DNA of 64,000 nucleotides from Curvularia clavata (Eukaryota): NCBI GenBank assembly GCA_023920165.1, contig CP089280.1, positions 682,001 to 746,000 of the forward strand, read 5' to 3'. Shown piece by piece: positions 62,804 to 64,000 of this stretch (position 1 is its first letter; each line of letters starts with the position of its first letter). The notes under the pieces were generated by a model. It saw only the letters and a program-made list of their open reading frames with translations, ran no database searches and was not told where the DNA came from. The position numbers and the translations under genes were made by a program.

Positions 62804-64000
62804 ATGTTCACGAGCTTCACGGGAAACCCGCGTCGAGCGCGACAAGTCAACCTCAGTGGAAAGAAGACGAATCCCTTTGGGCCTCCCGGCTCTGGTGCCG
62901 GATCACAAGCCGCTCTCGACCGCGCTCAACAGGACCGGGCACAACGGCAGCGGGAACGAGACACATTAAATGCCGCCAAACGGATACAAAGGGTGTGGCG
63001 AGGACACTCATCTAGGAGAAAGGTAGCCGACCATGTACGGGTCGAATGGGATAGAGCAGAGGGCTCCGGCGGCCTTTCACAACAGACGGCATATGCTTCT
63101 GAAGACGAAGCTCTTGCTCAATTACAGCGGCTGCTTCGTTTTGCTTCCACCAGAAGCGAAGACGACCTAAGACGAATACACCAATACGGTGCAAGACAGA
63201 TACAAACAGTGCGTTCTTTGAGTCTTGCAGCAAGTGGGCCGTGGCCATGGGCATATTCAAGGCTGCAGCGGATATTACTGGTCGCTATAGAACGGCAACT
63301 CAAAGCCTCATCAACACAATGGAATCAGATCGGGACTTCCCTTACCATTTTGCAGTTTCTAGCAGAACAAATACCTGCCGAGACATCCCAACACGCTACA
63401 CACTACTACCGTACCCTCGCCCAAGTCGTATCTACGCTTTCCCCCGTTTTCGAATCACAGGATGGGCTAGAGATGGCCGAAGTTATACTCAAGACCCTTG
63501 TCGCACCATTGAAGGTTACTGGATATACTTTGGACGCCTACGAAGCGCTTGGGGTGCAATTCCTGACACTTCCAGTGTTGAGTTCAGACTCGACATCTCC
63601 ACCCATACAAAAGCTTCGAGACTCGCTCGCCGACTCGATAAACTACAAGCTGCTCGCGAATGCAATGGCGACTTTGGCTAAGAGATCGGGTCTTCAAAGC
63701 AAGACTGAATTGCAGAGCACAATAAGTCGGTTGCGCTTGCTCGGAACATTCATCTACTTCCATCGCTATGCTCATAACTTTGATACCCCAGAAGCCTATG
63801 CTGTGCATAAGGATTTTGTGTCGGTCGTGTCCGTCCTCCTGAACTCCTTGCCAGTTAATATTGTTGATGACGACCGACCAATTGCGGAAATCACAGAAGA
63901 GGATGATGTCAATCAAGACCCAGGAACAGTGACCGAGTTTCTCAAACAGCAGGTTGAATCCCTGGTACACCAAGAAGGAATTGGCAGTCTGTTGGCCGGC
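62804..64000 (+). CDS. IQ + HECT E3 ubiquitin ligase (Hul5/UBE3C-like), N-terminal part only
   Basis: GCCACCATG start; MFTSFTGNPRRARQVNLSG..AQQDRAQRQRER..AAKRIQRVWRG (IQ motif). The frame appears open to the window end, which explains its absence from the ORF track. The HECT domain itself lies outside the window. Confidence 0.85.
   Translation, partial: MFTSFTGNPRRARQVNLSGKKTNPFGPPGSGAGSQAALDRAQQDRAQRQRERDTLNAAKRIQRVWRGHSSRRKVADHVRVEWDRAEGSGGLSQQTAYASEDEALAQLQRLLRFASTRSEDDLRRIHQYGARQIQTVRSLSLAASGPWPWAYSRLQRILLVAIERQLKASSTQWNQIGTSLTILQFLAEQIPAETSQHATHYYRTLAQVVSTLSPVFESQDGLEMAEVILKTLVAPLKVTGYTLDAYEALGVQFLTLPVLSSDSTSPPIQKLRDSLADSINYKLLANAMATLAKRSGLQSKTELQSTISRLRLLGTFIYFHRYAHNFDTPEAYAVHKDFVSVVSVLLNSLPVNIVDDDRPIAEITEEDDVNQDPGTVTEFLKQQVESLVHQEGIGSLLAG

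Noticed and set aside
1..64000. tRNA, rRNA, CRISPR arrays or prokaryotic operon features
   Set aside because: None recognised. The sequence is eukaryotic with spliceosomal introns. Small ncRNAs cannot be excluded without a covariance-model search.

Overview
Eukaryotic, intron-containing DNA from a filamentous ascomycete. Gene content and short GT..CTRAC..YAG introns suggest a Dothideomycete, probably Pleosporales (inference). The ORF track ignores introns, so I rebuilt gene models by hand. About 23 protein-coding genes are supported. Housekeeping genes: CPS1-like M20 peptidase, Na+/H+ antiporter, ORM1, IEC3, RSM24, ALG13, SH3/Pin3-like protein, SDR, NCS6, GH31 alpha-glucosidase, Zn2Cys6 TF and a partial HUL5/UBE3C-like HECT ligase. 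7-TM receptor-like genes: two PTH11/rhodopsin-domain genes, each head-to-head with an oxidase, and a GprK-type GPCR-RGS fusion. Non-self/defence-type genes: a HET protein, a HET-NB-ARC-TPR NLR, a HET pseudogene and a SLIP-GC-like GTPase. The most notable items are missing from the ORF track: (1) a spliced 63-aa secreted CS-alpha-beta defensin-like gene (38681-38921) in an accessory block with the NLR, a degenerate pogo transposon and the HET pseudogene; (2) a 169-nt GprK intron that folds into a long hairpin pairing its 5' splice site with its branch-point region; (3) a tandemly duplicated last exon that gives the SH3 protein two alternative C-termini; (4) an otherwise intact GTPase with a Ser-to-Pro change in the P-loop.
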